This document shows, piece by piece, positions 59,116 to 64,000 of a stretch of 64,000 bases of DNA. This stretch comes from an uncultured bacterium. Lineage in GTDB: Bacteria > Patescibacteriota > Minisyncoccia > Phycocordibacterales > UBA9973. The notes below the pieces were generated by a model, which saw nothing but the letters and a program-made list of their open reading frames with translations, did no database searches and was not told the DNA's origin. Each line of letters begins with the position of its first letter. Within the stretch, counting starts at the first letter, position 1. Position numbers and translations under genes: made by a program. The stretch covers positions 20,956 to 84,955 of the forward strand of contig CAIJZZ010000030.1 of assembly GCA_903825255.1 (NCBI GenBank), in the 5' to 3' direction.

Positions 59116-59185
59116 ATAATTGTTTATACTCTCTTTATCTAAATTTATATATAGATTTTAACATTTAATATAATATAAAAACAAT

Positions 59186-59458
59186 ATGGCACATAGAAAG
59201 GCTGGCGGAACCGCGAAAAATTTAAGAGACTCTAATCCAAAGTATTTAGGTACGAAATTAGCTGATGGTCAAAAAGCTCAAGCTGGTTCAATCATTATTC
59301 GTCAAAGAGGTACACCGATCATGGCTGGTAAGAATGTTTCTGTCGGTAAAGATCATACCCTTTTTGCTCTTAAGGATGGTACTGTAAAATTTTCATCAAA
59401 ACGTAAAGTTTCCTTTAATGGAAAAACTCTTGTAAAAAAAGTTGTAAATGTAATTTAA
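59186..59458 (+). CDS. rpmA: 50S ribosomal protein L27
   Basis: [29 protein letters not shown]. Confidence 0.97.
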   Translation: MAHRKAGGTAKNLRDSNPKYLGTKLADGQKAQAGSIIIRQRGTPIMAGKNVSVGKDHTLFALKDGTVKFSSKRKVSFNGKTLVKKVVNVI

Positions 59459-59468
59459 ATAAACTTTA

Positions 59469-59503
59469 AAATAAAAAATCCCCGTTATGGGGATTTTTTA
59501 TTT
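59469..59503. terminator. Bidirectional terminator between rpmA and rplI
   Basis: AAATAAAAAATCCCC-GTTAT-GGGGATTTTTTATTT. Confidence 0.8.
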
Positions 59504-59504
59504 A

Positions 59505-59948
59505 TTAAAGCTTTTCAATCTTAAGTTTAAAGGAAGATTTTTTGTTTTTAATTTCGATTGGGATTTCGAATTCCCCTGTTTCTTTGATGGGTTTATCAAG
59601 CTTAATGACTTCCTCACTGAGTTCAACTTTATTTTCTTTTTGCATTAATTCTATAATTTCTTTTTTATGAATGGCAGAAAAAAGATGCCCCTTGTCATTG
59701 GCTTTAGCTTTTACAGTAATGATTTTATTTTTTATTTCTTCTAAATTTTTAATCAAAAGTCCTTCTTGTACTTCCCTTTTGACGACGATTTCCTTTTGAC
59801 TTCTTTCGAGCTCTGCTAGGTTTTGAGTATTCGCTAATTTAGCCAAACCTCGTGGAAATAAAAAATTCCGCGCGTAACCATCATTGATTTCTTTCACATC
59901 ATGTCTTTTACCTACTCGGGGCACATCTTTTAAGAAAATTACTTGCAT
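59505..59948 (-). CDS. rplI: 50S ribosomal protein L9
   Basis: MQVIFLKDV..VG, GYARNFLFP.GLA, PIK..G. Confidence 0.96.
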   Translation of the reverse strand: MQVIFLKDVPRVGKRHDVKEINDGYARNFLFPRGLAKLANTQNLAELERSQKEIVVKREVQEGLLIKNLEEIKNKIITVKAKANDKGHLFSAIHKKEIIELMQKENKVELSEEVIKLDKPIKETGEFEIPIEIKNKKSSFKLKIEKL

Positions 59949-59953
59949 AGATT

Positions 59954-61165
59954 TTATTTTAGTAATAATTCAATAGCCTTGTCTAATTGAGGATCTTTTT
60001 TTGCATCAAAATCTTTTTGGGAAATTTCAACTTTATAATCAGGAGTTAAACCTTTGAGGGAGATAGAAGTACCTTTAGGAGTTAACCATTTTGCAATAGT
60101 TATTTTCAATACGGTATCAGGAGTGACATTTACTACTTCTTGAACTGAACCTTTTCCATAACTTTGATCACCTACTAATTTTGCTTTTCCATAATCTTGC
60201 ATCGCTCCAGCTAGAATTTCGGAAGCAGAGGCTGAACCACTATCTATCAAAATAACAAACTTTAATTTGTCGTTAAAAACGTTATAACCTTGACTACGGT
60301 ATATTTTTTGCGCAGTATTTGTACCATAGTCTTCTAAAACAATAGGTTTACCTTCAGGTAAGAACCAACTAGCCATACTTACAGCTGAATCTAAATATCC
60401 ACCAGGGTTACCACGTAAATCAAGAAGAAGTTTATCACTACCAGATTGGGAGAATTTCAAGACAGCTTGATGAAAAAGTTCAGCTGAATTAGCAGAAAAA
60501 CTATAAAGTTTTATAACAAAAACACCATCTTTCCGAAGTTCAGTATCTAAAGTGGGAGTATTGATTATATCTCTTGTAATTTTAATTTCTCTTGGCTCTT
60601 TTTCCCCATCTCTAAAAATAGTAAGTGTGACGACTGTTCCCTTCTCTCCCCTAATTAATTTTATTGCTTGATCAATGGTTAAATTAGAAGTAAGAGTTTT
60701 ATCAATTTTTAAAATTATATCACCTGATTTTATACCTGCCTTATAACCAGGTGTATCTTTGAGTGGAGCGATAACTGTTAGAATTTTATCTTTAATCCCG
60801 ACTTCTACTCCAATTCCACTAAAAGATCCAGCTATATCATCTTCAAACATCTTGGTCTCATCTGGATTAAAGAATACGCTATATGGATCATTTAATGAAC
60901 CAACGAGTCCAGAAATAGCTCCATTTACTCTATCTTGGTCAGTTATTTTTTTTGCTTCAGGGTATTTTTCATTTATTAAATTCCAAACCTTCCAAAAAGA
61001 TTCAAAGTCAGCTGATATTTCAGTCGGAGTATTTTTATTAGTAATATTTGTGATTTTATCTATGGCTGGTCTATTGTGAATTCCTAAATATATACCAAAA
61101 ATAAAAAAAGCAGCCACAATAAATATGACTAAAGCAATTAATTTTATTTTTTTAAATTTTTGCAT
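59954..61165 (-). CDS. S41 C-terminal processing protease with PDZ domain
   Basis: DPYS, PDZ, DLRGNPGG, SASASEI, YGKGSVQ. Confidence 0.94.
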   Translation of the reverse strand: MQKFKKIKLIALVIFIVAAFFIFGIYLGIHNRPAIDKITNITNKNTPTEISADFESFWKVWNLINEKYPEAKKITDQDRVNGAISGLVGSLNDPYSVFFNPDETKMFEDDIAGSFSGIGVEVGIKDKILTVIAPLKDTPGYKAGIKSGDIILKIDKTLTSNLTIDQAIKLIRGEKGTVVTLTIFRDGEKEPREIKITRDIINTPTLDTELRKDGVFVIKLYSFSANSAELFHQAVLKFSQSGSDKLLLDLRGNPGGYLDSAVSMASWFLPEGKPIVLEDYGTNTAQKIYRSQGYNVFNDKLKFVILIDSGSASASEILAGAMQDYGKAKLVGDQSYGKGSVQEVVNVTPDTVLKITIAKWLTPKGTSISLKGLTPDYKVEISQKDFDAKKDPQLDKAIELLLK

Positions 61166-61181
61166 TATTATATGGTAATAA

Positions 61182-61403
61182 TTATTTATTATTCAAATCA
61201 TTTCCAAAATCACTGTTTTCAGAAAAATTTTCAAATCTCTTTTTTTTATTTGCTTTGATTGCTCTATAAATATCATAACTTAAGTAAATAAAGATTAGAC
61301 CGGAAAGAGTAAAAAAAACACTTTTCCAATTACCTGGAAAACCTAAATATGGTAATATTGCTACCCAAATACCAAGTATTAAAATCACTCTGGCTCTACG
61401 CAT
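61182..61403 (-). CDS. Small 2-TM protein
   Basis: LG.W...LPYLGFP..WK pattern; preceded by TATAAT. Confidence 0.7.
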   Translation of the reverse strand: MRRARVILILGIWVAILPYLGFPGNWKSVFFTLSGLIFIYLSYDIYRAIKANKKKRFENFSENSDFGNDLNNK

Positions 61404-61446
61404 ATTTTTCTATTATAAACCTCAAATAGATAAAAGTAAATAAAAA

Positions 61447-63147
61447 TTATTGTTTAAAATATTCTGGCGTATTTGTCGACATCCAATCTATCAATTGTCG
61501 CATAACAAAAGGTGCACCTACTCCGTTTGTGGATGGGCCAGCCTCCATCATTATAATGAAAGAATATTTAGGATTTTGATAGGGAAAAAATCCCATAATC
61601 CAAGAGTTAACTTTATTTTTTGACACACCGAGCTGAGCCGTACCAGTTTTTGAGGCCATTTGCACATAAGGAACATTAATAGCAATAGAAGTACCACTTG
61701 TGACACTACCTCGCATTCCTTGATGAATTATATCAAAATAATTTTTACTTAAATTAACATTCGAAACTTTAGCTTCAGCCACTTTATCATTTAAAATAAA
61801 ATGTGGAGTTACTAATTTACCATAGTTGGCAAGTGCTCCAGCTGCTCGGACCATTTGAAGTGGCGTCACTTGAAAACCATATTGGCCAATGGCAGTGTGG
61901 TAAGTATCTCCAATACGCCATGGATCTCCTGGAAAATTTTTCTCTTTCCATTCTGGACTTGGTATAGTACCAGCTACTTCATCTGGTAGATCGACACCTG
62001 TTTTTGTACCAATATCAAAAAGTTTTGCATATTTTTCAAGATTTGCTATACCCAAACCTTTTTGATCTTGATAGCCTCCTCCGATTTCATAAAAATAAAC
62101 GTCACAAGAGACAGTGATTGCTTGAATCATATCTACCCAGCCATTGACTCGCCAGTCTTTGAAAACAGTTTTTTTAGTAGGATCATATGGATTAGGAATA
62201 GAAATTGAGCCAGTGGATAGAATTTTTTTTGTGGGATCAATCACGCCTTCGTTTAGTGCACCGAGGGCAAAGAAAGGTTTGACGATTGAACCCGGAGTAT
62301 AAAGCCCAGATAGAGTTCTGTCCATAAATATTTTTCGACTATCATTAAAATAATTTTTAATAGTTGTAGCATCTTTACCGTCAGATAAAATATTTGAATC
62401 ATATTCAGGATAACTTACGGAAGTTATTATTTCTCCAGTATTTACGTCCATTATTATTCCAGCACCACCTTTAAAAGAATAAGTGTTGGAAATTTTTTTA
62501 ATCTGATTAAATAATTGTGTTTGAATACGGGAATCAAGTGTGGTAACTAAGTCAGTACCTCTTTTTGGAATATTAGTTGTATTTTCAGATTGGATTTTTT
62601 TATGGGCATCAATCTCAACAATCTTCATTCCATTTATACCTTTTAATTGATCATTGTATTGTTTTTCTAGGCCATCTTTGCCTATAAATTCACTTTGCCA
62701 ATAATTTCCAGATTTATCTTGTTTAGGATAACTTATATACCCTAGTACATGTGAAAAACCATTTAATAAATAAGTACGAATTGGAAAACCGTCTACTATA
62801 TCACCTTTTTTATTCCAAACAAGTTCTTTTTTGTTTCGATCATAGATTATTCCCCTATCAGCAAAAATTATTTGTTTTTGAAGAGTATTATTCTGACTTT
62901 TTGTAAAATAGGCTTCTCCTTTTTGTATTTGCAAGTATCCAAGTCTGGCTGAAAAAGTTAATATAAAGAATAAAAAAGAAATACCTAAAAATAAAATTGT
63001 TCTTTTGGAAATAGGTTTTTCGATTCTGCCTTCGAATTGTTGAGTATCAAAATTTTCTAAATTTTTTGAATCCAAAAAAATCTCGTCTGCTTCTACAAAA
63101 AAGTTGGCATTTTTTATTTTATTTTTTCTTAATATTTTTTTAAACAT
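61447..63147 (-). CDS. mrdA: Class B penicillin-binding protein 2
   Basis: RG.IYDR, PGSIVKP (SxxK), SCD (SxN position), KTGTAQ. Confidence 0.88.
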   Translation of the reverse strand: MFKKILRKNKIKNANFFVEADEIFLDSKNLENFDTQQFEGRIEKPISKRTILFLGISFLFFILTFSARLGYLQIQKGEAYFTKSQNNTLQKQIIFADRGIIYDRNKKELVWNKKGDIVDGFPIRTYLLNGFSHVLGYISYPKQDKSGNYWQSEFIGKDGLEKQYNDQLKGINGMKIVEIDAHKKIQSENTTNIPKRGTDLVTTLDSRIQTQLFNQIKKISNTYSFKGGAGIIMDVNTGEIITSVSYPEYDSNILSDGKDATTIKNYFNDSRKIFMDRTLSGLYTPGSIVKPFFALGALNEGVIDPTKKILSTGSISIPNPYDPTKKTVFKDWRVNGWVDMIQAITVSCDVYFYEIGGGYQDQKGLGIANLEKYAKLFDIGTKTGVDLPDEVAGTIPSPEWKEKNFPGDPWRIGDTYHTAIGQYGFQVTPLQMVRAAGALANYGKLVTPHFILNDKVAEAKVSNVNLSKNYFDIIHQGMRGSVTSGTSIAINVPYVQMASKTGTAQLGVSKNKVNSWIMGFFPYQNPKYSFIIMMEAGPSTNGVGAPFVMRQLIDWMSTNTPEYFKQ

Positions 63148-63160
63148 TTAATACTTGAAT

Positions 63161-63433
63161 TTATTTATTATTTGCATAAAATTTTAATTTCTTCTTAATC
63201 AATTCTAGCGCAATTAACACTAAAATAGAAGCAAGAAAGTAAATAAAAAATATATTGAAAAATCTAGCCTCTTTTACTCCATAAAGCAGATCTGTTAAAA
63301 GGAATATGATGACTGCTTCCCAAAAAATAGAAAAAATTACCATACCGATTAAAGCTAAAATTATTGATATCCAAAAAGGCATAAACAGTATAGAAAATAA
63401 CAATATTATTGTGAATAAAATTCTTTTTACCAT
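63161..63433 (-). CDS. Small multi-TM protein upstream of pbp2 (MreD-like position)
   Basis: Highly hydrophobic 90 aa protein; directly upstream of mrdA. Confidence 0.6.
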   Translation of the reverse strand: MVKRILFTIILLFSILFMPFWISIILALIGMVIFSIFWEAVIIFLLTDLLYGVKEARFFNIFFIYFLASILVLIALELIKKKLKFYANNK

Positions 63434-63571
63434 AAATTTATCTTACACCTTTTATTTTAAATTTGTTCTTTACAAAATAACATTCTTATGTTAGTATATT
63501 AAACAGAAATAGTGCGTATTTTGTTATTTAAAAAATAATTTTAGTTAATAATAACTTTAAATTTATATACA

Positions 63572-64000
63572 ATGAGACAATTAAAAATTACAAAAAAAAT
63601 TACTAGTAGAGAAATCGCTAGTTTGGACAATTACCTTCAGGATATTGGTAAAATCGATTTAATCACTGCAGAAGAAGAGGTTGTTTTGGCTCAGAGAATT
63701 AAACAAGGCGACAAGGAGGCTTTGGATAAACTAACTAAAGCCAATCTAAGATTCGTGGTATCTGTTGCAAAACAGTATCAAAATCAAGGTTTAACACTAC
63801 CAGACCTAATCAATGAAGGAAATCTTGGGCTTATCAAGGCGGCACAACGTTTTGATGAAACCAGAGGTTTCAAATTCATATCCTATGCAGTTTGGTGGAT
63901 ACGTCAATCAATTCTACAAGGTATTGCAGAAAGTTCAAGGATTGTGAGATTACCCTTAAATAAAGTAGGCTCCTTGAATAAAATAACAAAAGAAACCAAT
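63572..64000 (+). CDS. RNA polymerase sigma-70 factor, Bacteroidota-type (3' truncated by the window; not in the ORF track)
   Basis: Manual translation [36 protein letters not shown]...[60 protein letters not shown]. Confidence 0.92.
   Translation, partial: MRQLKITKKITSREIASLDNYLQDIGKIDLITAEEEVVLAQRIKQGDKEALDKLTKANLRFVVSVAKQYQNQGLTLPDLINEGNLGLIKAAQRFDETRGFKFISYAVWWIRQSILQGIAESSRIVRLPLNKVGSLNKITKETN

Noticed and set aside
984-63494. Many short antisense or alternative-frame ORFs in the track (e.g. 7916-8446, 37543-37959, 45531-45959)
   Set aside because: They are shadows of well-supported genes, with no motifs or independent expression signals.
1-64000. Alternative genetic code (UGA=Gly, as in Gracilibacteria)
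   Set aside because: Conserved genes are full length under the standard code, with no in-frame TGA interruptions.

Overview
AT-rich, gene-dense chromosomal segment that most likely comes from a Patescibacteria/CPR bacterium (Parcubacteria, Nomurabacteria-like; standard genetic code). This assignment is inferred from gene content: shortened AlaRS, archaeal-type AspRS, an FtsA-like plus baseplate-J-like pair, a PaaX-like regulator and orphan TraD/VirD4-like ATPases. The backbone is housekeeping: mnmA, alaS, the infA-rpmJ-rpsM-rpsK-rpsD-rpoA-rplQ-rplM-rpsI cluster, grpE/dnaK/dnaJ, aguBA-metK, cysS, dnaB-recR, trpS, aspS, scpAB, mraY-ftsW-murG, gltX, rpmA, rplI and pbp2. Five things stand out. 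(1) Seven paralogous ~555-585 aa Cys-rich zinc-ribbon/solenoid genes sit in three insertion arrays, with conserved ends, a relic 5' fragment, and a CxxC-x17-CxxC module shared with a neighbouring TraD-like ATPase. (2) Short palindromic elements are inserted in frame into mnmA, metK, pepA and an ATPase, and two of them match at 22/25 nt. (3) Several stand-alone cassettes have long leaders, and some encode Bacteroidota-like proteins: a Bacteroidota-type primary sigma factor and a Prs with an altered substrate loop; a lipoprotein behind a structured RNA leader shares the layout. (4) A ~100-nt multi-hairpin element with dif-like half-sites lies where gene orientation flips. (5) Many genes have a -10 box 6-7 nt before the start codon, which suggests leaderless mRNAs. 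No tRNA, rRNA, CRISPR array, transposase or integrase was recognised.
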